From contig JAZDMQ010000105.1 in assembly GCA_043800755.1 (NCBI GenBank), positions 1 to 17,791 on the forward strand: a DNA stretch of 17,791 nucleotides, written 5' to 3'. The DNA is from a bacterium (lineage in GTDB: Bacteria; Methylomirabilota; Methylomirabilia; CAVQYV01). Below the pieces are notes generated by a model, which did not search any database, was not told the DNA's origin, and worked only from the letters and a program-made list of their open reading frames with translations. A program made the position numbers and the translations under genes. Below are positions 8,115 through 15,829 of this stretch, piece by piece (the first letter of the stretch is position 1; each line of letters opens with the position of its first letter).

Positions 8115-8446
8115 CGGTCACCCTGTCTCGCGGTGGCCTCTTCGACCCATTGGAGATATTCCTCCGATCCTTCGAGGATGGGCAGGGCTATGATCTCCGG
8201 GACGCTATAGGGGTGAAGTTCCTTGACCCTGGCGGCGAGAGAGGCGAAGAGGACCCTTCTGCTCTTGGCCAAGAGAAGCCACTCCTCTTCCTTTTGCCTG
8301 GCCCCTTGCCAGAAGAAAAGGGAGTGGACCGAAGGGAGGATATTGACGCAGGCCGCCCACCTCTCTTGAATCAACGCCTCGGCAATAGCCTCTGCCCGCT
8401 CTCGATTGGGGACGGTAATCAGGGTCAAAATATAAGGGGTTTCCAT
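8111..8446 (-). CDS. cutA: Divalent-cation tolerance protein CutA
   Basis: AACVNILP, FWQG...EE..LLAKS, HPYSVPEII, YLQWV; 111 aa; 4-nt overlap with the patatin start. Confidence 0.94.
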   Translation of the reverse strand: METPYILTLITVPNRERAEAIAEALIQERWAACVNILPSVHSLFFWQGARQKEEEWLLLAKSRRVLFASLAARVKELHPYSVPEIIALPILEGSEEYLQWVEEATARQGDR

Positions 8447-8470
8447 AACCGTCTCATTTTTGATTGGCAG

Positions 8471-8500
8471 AGGCTAACAAGAAGCGGGCGAAAAAGTCAA
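8471..8500 (-). promoter_or_regulatory. Candidate promoter of the cutA operon, TTGACT-N18-TAGCCT with extended TG
   Basis: Minus strand -35 at 8500-8495, -10 at 8476-8471 preceded by TGn. Confidence 0.45.
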
Positions 8501-8540
8501 GTCATTTTTGAGGGGCTCCCGGGCAAGGCATTCCCCGATA

Positions 8541-8569
8541 TTGACAAGAGGGGCATCTTTGGGTATTTT
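8541..8569 (+). promoter_or_regulatory. Sigma70 promoter TTGACA-N17-TATTTT
   Basis: Same hexamers and spacing as the csp promoter; about 95 nt upstream of ATG 8666. Confidence 0.68.
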
Positions 8570-8665
8570 GGGAAGGCTGTCTCCGGGGGTGCAGGAGAAG
8601 ACCGCCCCCGCTGCTGGCGGGGGATAGCCTGCAAGGCCATGCATCGCGTCTGCAAGGAGCAAGAG

Positions 8666-9040
8666 ATGACCCATTATGTGATCGTGGGGAATGGGGTGGC
8701 GGGCCTCCGGGCGGCGGAGGTGGTCAGAAAAAGAGACGGGGAGGGCAAGATTACCCTCCTTTTCGCGGGGGGGGATGCGGCCCAGGCCTTCGACCCCTAC
8801 CAGGGGAAGGCAGCCCTCCATTACGGATGGCAAAGCGCCTGGGAACAGGGGGCCATCGGCGGGGCCAACATGGCCGGAGCCGACCTGACTTATCCGGGAC
8901 GGATCACCTCTCTCTCCATGCAGATCTGGGGATGGGACTTCCAAATGCTGGGAGAGGGAAATGCCCAGGGCCCGGGGTATCGGGCGATGACCGGAGATTA
9001 TCCCCAGATCGGGATCTATAAGAAGCTGAGGGATTGTTGA
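8666..9040 (+). pseudogene. Remnant of an NAD(P)/FAD-dependent oxidoreductase (NirB/rubredoxin-reductase-like) with internal deletion and truncated C-terminus
   Basis: MTHYVIVGNGVAGLRAAE...ITLL is joined directly to FAGGDAA...WQSAWEQG..GGANMAG and ends YKKLRDC*. Only 124 aa; SD AAGGAG upstream. Confidence 0.8.
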
Positions 9041-9061
9041 GGCAGAACCAGGATAGGGAAC

Positions 9062-9877
9062 ATGGGGGTGAAAGGGAAGATGGCAGAGGAGAAAAGCGGG
9101 AAGGGGAAATGGTTTCCTGGCCTCTTCTCCCTGAAGGGAGAGGTGGCCATCGTCACGGGCGGTGGCAGTGGCTTGGGCGAGGCCATCGCCATGGGGTTTT
9201 CGGAGGCCGGGGCTTCGGTGGCCGTCGCGGACCTCTCTGCTGAGGGAGCGGAGGAAACGGCCAAACGGATCAAAGGACAGGGAGGCCAGGCGATTGCCCT
9301 GCAGCTGGATGTCACCCAATCGACCGGGGTGGAGGCGATGATGCAGAGGGTCCTGCGAGATTGGGGCAGGGTGGATATCCTGGTGAACAGTGCGGGGATC
9401 ACCTTCCGCAGTGGGGCCCTGGAATATCCGGAGGGGGAATGGGATCGGGTCTTAGAGGTCAATCTCAAGGGGACTTTCCTCTGTTGCCAGGCGGCCGGTA
9501 AGGCCATGGTGGCAAAAGGGAAGGGAAGTATCATCAATATTGCCTCGATCGGTGGCCTGATTGCCTATCCCGGGTGCGTTGCCTATCTGGCCAGCAAAGG
9601 GGGGGTAGTGCAGCTTACCCGAGGGTTGGCAGTGGAGTGGGCCAAGGTGGGAGTCAGGGTCAACGCCATCGCCCCCTTCGTCTTCGATACCCCACTGGTC
9701 AGCCAGATCAAGGTGAAAGAGCCAGGCCACTTCCAGAGGATGATCGAGAAGGCACCGATGGGGCGATTGGGTCAGGCAGAGGAACTCATCGGGACGGCCA
9801 TTTTCCTGGCCTCAGCCGCCTCCAATCTGATCACTGGTCATATCTTGGCAGTGGATGGGGGGTTTATGGCCCAGTAG
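9062..9877 (+). CDS. Short-chain dehydrogenase/reductase (gluconate 5-dehydrogenase/KduD-like)
   Basis: LFSLKGEVAIVTGGGSGLG, NSAG, NIAS, YLASK catalytic motif, VRVNAIAP, VDGG. Start could be ATG 9080. Confidence 0.9.
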   Translation: MGVKGKMAEEKSGKGKWFPGLFSLKGEVAIVTGGGSGLGEAIAMGFSEAGASVAVADLSAEGAEETAKRIKGQGGQAIALQLDVTQSTGVEAMMQRVLRDWGRVDILVNSAGITFRSGALEYPEGEWDRVLEVNLKGTFLCCQAAGKAMVAKGKGSIINIASIGGLIAYPGCVAYLASKGGVVQLTRGLAVEWAKVGVRVNAIAPFVFDTPLVSQIKVKEPGHFQRMIEKAPMGRLGQAEELIGTAIFLASAASNLITGHILAVDGGFMAQ

Positions 9878-10151
9878 GCCTTCCCTCGGCGGGCCGGTTG
9901 TCCGAGGCGGGCGGGCGTTGGTCGGCAATACAATTAAAGAGCAGGGAGTGCAGGGCAAATACCCCCAGGCGACTGCATTCCGGGTGGAGGGAGGCCGGCT
10001 TGGAGGAGATGGGATTGGGGGTTGGGGTGCTGGTCTGCTCCATCACGCCCCGTTGCGGCGGCGTGGGACGATCGAAGAGCAGCGTCCATCCCTCGAAGAA
10101 GAGGCAAACCGTCAAGGCTAAGGCCAGTGCGACTTTCAGAAGGAGTTTCAT
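9864..10151 (-). CDS. Small hypothetical exported/membrane-anchored protein (95 aa)
   Basis: MKLLLKVALALALTVCLFFEGW signal-like N-terminus, AAGGA SD, and a sigma54 promoter about 47 nt upstream. It is the 3' part of track ORF 9864..10643. Confidence 0.55.
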   Translation of the reverse strand: MKLLLKVALALALTVCLFFEGWTLLFDRPTPPQRGVMEQTSTPTPNPISSKPASLHPECSRLGVFALHSLLFNCIADQRPPASDNRPAEGRPTGP

Positions 10152-10197
10152 GATTGGATCCTTCGTACCGTGGATTGTAATCTGGCACTTTAAGTTA

Positions 10198-10213
10198 CGC
10201 AATGTCCATGCCA
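10198..10213 (-). promoter_or_regulatory. Sigma54 (-24/-12) promoter TGGCAT-GGACA-TTGCG
   Basis: Minus strand matches TGGCAC-N5-TTGCW with two mismatches and has the exact GG-N10-GC spacing; points at ATG 10151. Confidence 0.7.
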
Positions 10214-10307
10214 CATTAGCCCGGGGAACGCCGGGGCGCCGAGGGCCTGCGCTTCTTGGATCTGGGGGACTGAGCCCTCTCAAGTCGTCTTGCTTTGGCC
10301 GAGGCCT

Positions 10308-10344
10308 ATGGCGAAACGGCCATGAATTGCGGCGAATCTGCCAC
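10308..10344. promoter_or_regulatory. Tandem imperfect palindromes, candidate enhancer (UAS) for a sigma54 activator
   Basis: ATGGCGAAACGGCCAT (10308-10323) and GCGGCGAATCTGCCAC (10329-10344); shared core GGCGAAnCnGCCA; 21-bp period; 95-130 bp upstream of the -24 element. Confidence 0.55.
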
Positions 10345-10367
10345 ACTTTTTCAGAGGAGGAAGCCCC

Positions 10368-11150
10368 ATGTTTACCTACGGCGTGAACATCTCGATGATC
10401 TTTGCCGAATATCCCTTTCCGGACCGGGTACAGAAGGTGGCGGAGGCAGGCTTCTCCGCCTTTGAGTTCTGGTTCCCCTCGCTCTACGACATGAAGGCGC
10501 TCAAGGAACAGAAGGAGAGATTTGGCCTTGAGGTGGCCCTGTTCAATCTGAATACCCCCCCTAACATGAAGGGCCTGTTGTCGAATCCCAAGGAGATAAA
10601 GCAGTTTCGCGAAAGCCTGGAAGAGGCGGTCGCCCTGGCCCACCAGCTGGGCTGCAAAAGGATCAATACCCTGACGGGAAATACCTTGGAGGGTTTCTCC
10701 CGGGAGGAGCAGACGAAGTGCGCCCTGGACAACCTGCGCTATGCGGGCAAGAGGCTGGAGGGGGAGGGGATCACCCTGATGTTCGAGGCCCTGAATCTAT
10801 ACGATAGCCCCGGCTACTTCCTCTCCAGGTCCCAGGAGGGCTTCCGCTGGGTGGAAGAGGCAGCAAGCCCGCTGGTGAAGTTCCAATATGACCTCTACCA
10901 CATGCAGCTCATGGAGGGCAACCTGCTCAACACCCTACGCGCCAATCTGGATAAGATCGGCCATATCCAGATTGCAGACCTGCCAGGGCGCCATGAGCCA
11001 GGGACCGGGGAGATCAATTACCCCTTTGTGCTGAAGGCCCTGGAGGAAATGGGCTATTCCGGTTATGTGAACTTGGAATATATCCCCTCGGAAAAATCGG
11101 AGGATTCCTTTGCCTGGCTTCCCCTTTCGGCCAGAGGTCGGAATCGATGA
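10368..11150 (+). CDS. Hydroxypyruvate isomerase family protein (Hyi/OtnI-like TIM barrel)
   Basis: NISMIFAE, GFSAFEFWFP, EALN..DSPGY, QYDLYHMQLMEG, HIQIADLPGRHEPGTGEIN, LEYIP; SD GAGGAGG. Confidence 0.9.
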   Translation: MFTYGVNISMIFAEYPFPDRVQKVAEAGFSAFEFWFPSLYDMKALKEQKERFGLEVALFNLNTPPNMKGLLSNPKEIKQFRESLEEAVALAHQLGCKRINTLTGNTLEGFSREEQTKCALDNLRYAGKRLEGEGITLMFEALNLYDSPGYFLSRSQEGFRWVEEAASPLVKFQYDLYHMQLMEGNLLNTLRANLDKIGHIQIADLPGRHEPGTGEINYPFVLKALEEMGYSGYVNLEYIPSEKSEDSFAWLPLSARGRNR

Positions 11151-11566
11151 GCGGGGAGAGCCAACAGCCGATCGACCTTGGGGAGAGGGCCAGATCGATC
11201 CCCTTCCTGCGCCACCTGGGCCTGGAATTGGTGGAATATCAACCGGGCAGGGCCCGGATGCGCTTTTGCATTCGCCCCGAGCACCTGAACTATTTGGGCA
11301 CCCTGCATGGGGGCATGACCTGTTCCCTCATCGATTCGGTCGCCTACTTCGCCCTGCGCCCTTTGCTCTCTGCCGACCATCCTTTTCCCACCCTGGAGCT
11401 GAAGGTCAATTTCCTGCGGCCGGTCAAAGAGGGGATGGTGCTGGCTGAGGCAGAGGCCCTCCACGCCGGAAAAAGGGTGATGGTAGCCCAGGTCAAGGTG
11501 ATGGACGGCGAGGGTCGGCTCTGCGCCTTCGGCACGGTGAGCTGCCTCGTCGCCCCTTTGAAGTGA
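11147..11566 (+). CDS. PaaI-family hotdog-fold acyl-CoA thioesterase
   Basis: HLNYLGTLHGG...LID, TLELKVNFLRP, HAGKR; ATGA overlap with the hyi-family gene. Confidence 0.9.
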   Translation: MSGESQQPIDLGERARSIPFLRHLGLELVEYQPGRARMRFCIRPEHLNYLGTLHGGMTCSLIDSVAYFALRPLLSADHPFPTLELKVNFLRPVKEGMVLAEAEALHAGKRVMVAQVKVMDGEGRLCAFGTVSCLVAPLK

Positions 11567-11574
11567 GGGAGGCG

Positions 11575-12321
11575 ATGTATCGGGAGAGAGCCTACCGCAG
11601 GGTGGCCCGGGCCAGGGACCTGATCGGCTTTCAGGTGGAGGTGAAGGAGACCGACCTCTGGATTCAGGCCCAGTCTGACCTGTCCCTCCCGGCCCGGGAG
11701 ATCGTGATCCGACTGCGAGATGAGCTGGAGAGCTACATCTCCTATCATCCGGAGTTCGCCACTTCCCTGCTCCCGGTCTCCCCCTCGACCTTCTCCCCTC
11801 CCATCGTCCGGCTGATGGCAGCCTCTTCGGAAAAGGCGAATGTGGGACCCATGGCGGCCGTTGCCGGCGCCATCGCCGAATTGGTGGGCCAAGAACTGGT
11901 GCCCCTCTCGCCGGAGTTGATGGTGGAAAACGGGGGGGACATCTTCTTGCAATCCCAGAGGCCGCGGGTGGTGGAGATCTATGCCGGCTCTTCTCCTTTC
12001 AGCCACCGCCTGGGATTGAAGGTTGAATCCCGGGGGGAACCCCTGGGGGTCTGCACCTCTGCGGGCAGGGTGGGCCACTCCCTGAGCCTGGGGGCGGCGG
12101 ATGCCGCGGTGATCCTCGCCCCCTCCCCCGCCCTGGCAGACGCGGTCGCCACCCGGGTGGGAAACCGGGTGCAGCGGGAAGGAGATGTCCCGGCGGCCCT
12201 GGAGCTGGCCAGGTCCATTGCCGGGGTGCGCGGGGCGGTGGTGATCTTAAGGAAGAACCTGGGGGCCTGGGGGGAGCTGGAGGTCGTCGATCTGGGCGCC
12301 GAAGATCCCTTCCCGGCCTAA
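11575..12321 (+). CDS. UPF0280 family protein (ApbE superfamily)
   Basis: MYRERAYR, VKETDL, VGPMAAVAGAIAE, VENGGDI, GVCTSAG.VGHSLSLG.ADA, ADAVAT. ATG 11575 with GGAGG is preferred over GTG 11563. Confidence 0.88.
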   Translation: MYRERAYRRVARARDLIGFQVEVKETDLWIQAQSDLSLPAREIVIRLRDELESYISYHPEFATSLLPVSPSTFSPPIVRLMAASSEKANVGPMAAVAGAIAELVGQELVPLSPELMVENGGDIFLQSQRPRVVEIYAGSSPFSHRLGLKVESRGEPLGVCTSAGRVGHSLSLGAADAAVILAPSPALADAVATRVGNRVQREGDVPAALELARSIAGVRGAVVILRKNLGAWGELEVVDLGAEDPFPA

Positions 12322-12362
12322 GCCGGGCGTCTGCAGGCGGGGACTCATCGGCGAAAAGTCCC

Positions 12363-12390
12363 TTGATTATTCTGTATTTTTTGCTATCTT
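12363..12390 (+). promoter_or_regulatory. Candidate promoter for paaK, TTGATT-N16-TATCTT with extended TG
   Basis: AT-rich island in the intergenic region; TGnTATCTT at 12382-12390. Confidence 0.5.
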
Positions 12391-12442
12391 GAGGAGGTCC
12401 AAAAATCCCTTCATCTGAGGAGATGGAGAAAGGAGATCGGGT

Positions 12443-13741
12443 ATGATTTGGGATCCCAAGTTCGAGTGTATGTCCATCCCGGAATTGAGGGATCTGCAAT
12501 TGGAGAGGCTGAAGGAGATCTGCGAAAGGACCTACCACCGCATTCCTTTCTATTATCAGGCCTTCCGCAAGGCGGGGGTCAAACCCAAGGACATCAATTC
12601 ATTAGAGGACTTATCCCGGCTTCCTTTTACCACTAAGGATGATCTGCGCGACAACTATCCCTTTGGCCTGTTTGCAGTCCCTCCCTCGGACATCGTGGAG
12701 ATCCACACCTCCTCCGGCACCACGGGCAAACCGATCGTCGGCGGATACACCCATCGGGATATCGAACTCTGGTCAGAGGTGATGGCCCGCTGCCTCACCT
12801 GTTCCGGCACCACCAAGGATGATGTGGTGCAGAATGCCTACGGGTATGGCCTCTTCACCGGGGGGCTGGGGGTCCACTACGGGGCGAGGCGGATCGGGGC
12901 CTCGGTGATCCCCATCTCGGGCGGAAACACCAAACGCCAGATCATGATCATGCAGGACTTTGGGAGCACGATCCTCACCTGCACCCCCTCTTATACCCTT
13001 TTCCTGGCCGAAGTCGCGGCGGAGATGGGAATGACCTTCGAACGGATGAGCCTCAAGGCCGGCAATTTCGGCGCCGAGCCTTGGAGCGAGAGCATGCGAG
13101 TCGAGATCGAGCGGAAATTGAAACTCCTGGCCCTCGATATCTATGGCCTGACCGAGATCATTGGCCCCGGAGTGGCCAACGAGTGCCAGGTCAAGGAGGG
13201 GCTCCACATCTTTGAGGACCACTTCCTCCCCGAGATCATTGATCCCGCCACGGGCAAGAGCCTGCCCCCAGGACAGGCGGGGGAGCTGGTCATCACCACC
13301 TTGACCAAGGAGGCGATGCCCCTTATCCGCTATCGGACCCGGGACATCACCGCCCTCATCCCCCAGGCCTGCCCCTGCGGCCGCACCATGGTGCGGATGA
13401 ATAGGATCATGGGTCGCACCGATGATATGCTCATCATCCGGGGGGTCAATGTCTTCCCCTCCCAGATCGAGGCGGTCTTGATGCAGATGGAGGAGGCCGA
13501 GCCCCATTATCAGATCGTGGTGGACCGTGTCGGGGCCCTGGATGAGCTGGAGATCCAGGTGGAGGTGAATGAGGGGATTTTCTCCGACCAGATCAAGCGA
13601 TTAGAGGACATCGAGCGCAAGATCGAGAAGGAGATCGAAAGTGCCCTGGGCATCTCGGTCAAGGTAAAGCTGGCCGAGCCCAAATCGATTCAGCGGAGCG
13701 AGGGCAAGGCCAAGCGGGTGATCGACAAGAGGAAGCTCTGA
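12443..13741 (+). CDS. paaK: Phenylacetate-CoA ligase family protein (paralogue 1)
   Basis: [27 protein letters not shown]-loop, [49 protein letters not shown]. Confidence 0.93.
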   Translation: MIWDPKFECMSIPELRDLQLERLKEICERTYHRIPFYYQAFRKAGVKPKDINSLEDLSRLPFTTKDDLRDNYPFGLFAVPPSDIVEIHTSSGTTGKPIVGGYTHRDIELWSEVMARCLTCSGTTKDDVVQNAYGYGLFTGGLGVHYGARRIGASVIPISGGNTKRQIMIMQDFGSTILTCTPSYTLFLAEVAAEMGMTFERMSLKAGNFGAEPWSESMRVEIERKLKLLALDIYGLTEIIGPGVANECQVKEGLHIFEDHFLPEIIDPATGKSLPPGQAGELVITTLTKEAMPLIRYRTRDITALIPQACPCGRTMVRMNRIMGRTDDMLIIRGVNVFPSQIEAVLMQMEEAEPHYQIVVDRVGALDELEIQVEVNEGIFSDQIKRLEDIERKIEKEIESALGISVKVKLAEPKSIQRSEGKAKRVIDKRKL

Positions 13742-13843
13742 AATCAGTCTTCCGCCTCGCACAGGGAATTTCATCTCCGCGAGCAGGTGGCAATAGGTCT
13801 AAACGAAAGCTCAATCTCTTCCTCAAAGAGAGGAGGGCCGAGA

Positions 13844-14275
13844 ATGAAGGTGAGACAGATATCCATCTTTTTGGAGAACAAGGCGGGCCGCTTGGCAGAG
13901 GTGACCAATGTCCTGGGGAAGGCAGGGGTCAACATCCGAGCCCTCTCCCTGGCGGACACCACCGACTTCGGGATCCTTCGCCTGATCGTGAACGATAATG
14001 ATAAGGCGATCAAGATCCTTAAAGAGCAAGGTTTCACCGTGGGTGAGACCGAGGTGCTGGCGGTGGAGGTGCCGGACCGGCCCGGGGGGCTGGGGCAGAT
14101 CCTGCACATCATCCAGGAGGCAGGGATGAATGTGGAGTACATGTATGCCTTCGTGGAGCGGAGCTCCGACAATGCGGTCATCATCTTCCGCCTGGAAGAC
14201 ATCGATGAGGCGATTCGCGTCCTCCTGAGCAAAGGGGTGACCATCCTGAAGGGGGAGAGGGTGTATGCGCTTTAG
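13844..14275 (+). CDS. Tandem ACT-domain protein
   Basis: [52 protein letters not shown] 13844 with AGGAGG; this family commonly sits beside paaK/ior genes. Confidence 0.92.
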   Translation: MKVRQISIFLENKAGRLAEVTNVLGKAGVNIRALSLADTTDFGILRLIVNDNDKAIKILKEQGFTVGETEVLAVEVPDRPGGLGQILHIIQEAGMNVEYMYAFVERSSDNAVIIFRLEDIDEAIRVLLSKGVTILKGERVYAL

Positions 14276-14349
14276 GGCGAAATGCCCTCGGGGAGACCTG
14301 GGGCAAAGACCGCCCCGCATCCTCGGCCATTAGTAAGATCTCTGATGAA

Positions 14350-14379
14350 AACCCCGCCCGATGGGCGGGGTTCTTTACT
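14350..14379 (+). terminator. GC-rich hairpin, probable intrinsic terminator (or REP/IS200-605-like palindrome)
   Basis: AACCCCGCCC-GAT-GGGCGGGGTT perfect 10-bp stem followed by CTTTACT. Confidence 0.55.
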
Positions 14380-14514
14380 GATATCAACCAAATCAGGCAA
14401 GACGCCAAGGCTCCCTTGCGCCCGCGGATTGGGGGCTGACCCAAGAGGACAGCGACCAGCTCTCTTACTGCAGAAGCGGGCCAGGGGAGGATTTCGTGGT
14501 CTGGAGGTAGGAAA

Positions 14515-15816
14515 GTGAAGATGTGGGAGCCAGAGTACGAATGCATGAAGCGAGAGGATCTGAGCAGGCTGCAGTTGGAGAGGCTGAAGGCCACCCTCGA
14601 TCGGGTCTGTCAACAGGTCCCCTTCTATCGGCAATCCTTCGATCGGCTGAAGCTGCACCCCGAGGAGATCAAATCCTTAGAGGACCTCAAAAGGCTTCCC
14701 TTTACCTCCAAGGCGGATTTGCGGGACAGCTATCCTTACGGGATGTTTGCCGTCCCTCTGCGGGAGGTGGTGCGCATCCACTCCTCCTCGGGCACCACCG
14801 GCAAGCCCACGGTGGTTGGCTACACCCGCAATGACCTCCTGACCTGGAGCAATCTGGTGGCCCGCTTTCTCACCGCCGGTGGGGTAACCAGAGAGGATGT
14901 GGTGCAGATCGCCTTCGGCTATGGCCTCTTCACCGGGGGCTTTGGGCTCCATTACGGGGCGGAGCGGATCGGGGCCTCGGTGATCCCGGTCTCCGCGGGC
15001 AATACCCAGAGGCAGATTATGATTATGCAGGATTTTCGCAGCACCGCCCTGGTCTGCACCCCCACCTACGCCCTCTACCTCTCCGAGGCCATGGCGGAGA
15101 CGGGGGTAGACCCCAAGTCCCTCTACCTGCGGGTGGGCCTCTTCGGGTCCGAGCCCTGGTCGGAGAGCATGCGCCGCGAGATCGAGGGGAAGCTCTCCAT
15201 CCTGGCAACGGACAATTATGGCCTGAGCGAGGTCATCGGACCGGGAGTGGCAGGGGAGTGTGAGTTCAAGGCGGGCCTGCACCTGTTCGAGGATCACTTC
15301 GTCCCTGAGGTCATCGATCCCGAGACCCAAGAGGTCCTCCCTTATGGAGAGGAGGGAGAGCTGGTGCTCACCACCCTCACCAAGGAGGCCTTTCCCTTGA
15401 TCCGCTATCGCACCGGCGACATCACCTCCCTCAATCCGGAGCCCTGTCGCTGCGGCCGCACCCTGGTGCGGATGGCGAGGGTCTCCGGCCGCACCGATGA
15501 CATGCTCATCATCCGGGGGGTGAATGTCTACCCCTCCCAGATCGAGCAGGTCCTGTTGGAGATGGAGGGGACGGAGCCCCACTATCAGATCATCGTGGAT
15601 CGGAAGGGGGCCCTGGATGAGCTGGAGATCCAAGTGGAGGTCTCGGAGAAGATGTTCTTCGATGAGATGAAGAGGCAGCATCAGTTCGTGGAGAGCATCC
15701 AGGAGAGGCTGCGCAGCACCCTGGGCCTCTCGGCCAGGGTGAAGCTGGTAGAGCCGAAGACCATCGTCCGCTACGAGGGGAAGGCGAAAAGGGTAGTGGA
15801 CAAGAGAAAGCTGTAA
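14515..15816 (+). CDS. paaK: Phenylacetate-CoA ligase family protein (paralogue 2)
   Basis: [59 protein letters not shown]. Start is GTG 14515 or ATG 14521. Confidence 0.93.
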   Translation: MKMWEPEYECMKREDLSRLQLERLKATLDRVCQQVPFYRQSFDRLKLHPEEIKSLEDLKRLPFTSKADLRDSYPYGMFAVPLREVVRIHSSSGTTGKPTVVGYTRNDLLTWSNLVARFLTAGGVTREDVVQIAFGYGLFTGGFGLHYGAERIGASVIPVSAGNTQRQIMIMQDFRSTALVCTPTYALYLSEAMAETGVDPKSLYLRVGLFGSEPWSESMRREIEGKLSILATDNYGLSEVIGPGVAGECEFKAGLHLFEDHFVPEVIDPETQEVLPYGEEGELVLTTLTKEAFPLIRYRTGDITSLNPEPCRCGRTLVRMARVSGRTDDMLIIRGVNVYPSQIEQVLLEMEGTEPHYQIIVDRKGALDELEIQVEVSEKMFFDEMKRQHQFVESIQERLRSTLGLSARVKLVEPKTIVRYEGKAKRVVDKRKL

Positions 15817-15829
15817 TCCCGGGAACTGG

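Noticed and set aside
7886..8665. 5' part of the 384-aa plus-strand ORF 7886..9040
   Set aside because: Antisense to patatin/cutA and crosses promoters; only the part from ATG 8666 has an SD and family motifs.
10182..10200. Plus-strand TGGCAC as a sigma54 promoter for hyi
   Set aside because: No TTGC at the required distance (reads GTTAC); only the minus-strand motif fits.
10152..10643. 5' extension of the 259-aa minus-strand ORF 9864..10643
   Set aside because: Shadow of hyi plus intergenic DNA; the sigma54 promoter lies inside it, pointing to ATG 10151.
8598..14317. AAGACCGCCCC occurring in two intergenic regions (about 8598 and 14306)
   Set aside because: An 11-nt GC-rich match with dissimilar flanks; compatible with chance.
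14400..14514. Possible riboswitch (TPP-like GTAGGAA end) upstream of paaK2
   Set aside because: Lacks the conserved CTGAGA and CCTGA TPP cores, and no other riboswitch consensus was recognised.
13415..15633. Near-identical DNA patches shared by the two paaK genes, e.g. GGGGCCCTGGATGAGCTGGAGATCCA
   Set aside because: Explained by conserved protein motifs plus GC-biased codon usage; not a repeat element, and gene conversion cannot be shown without a dS scan.
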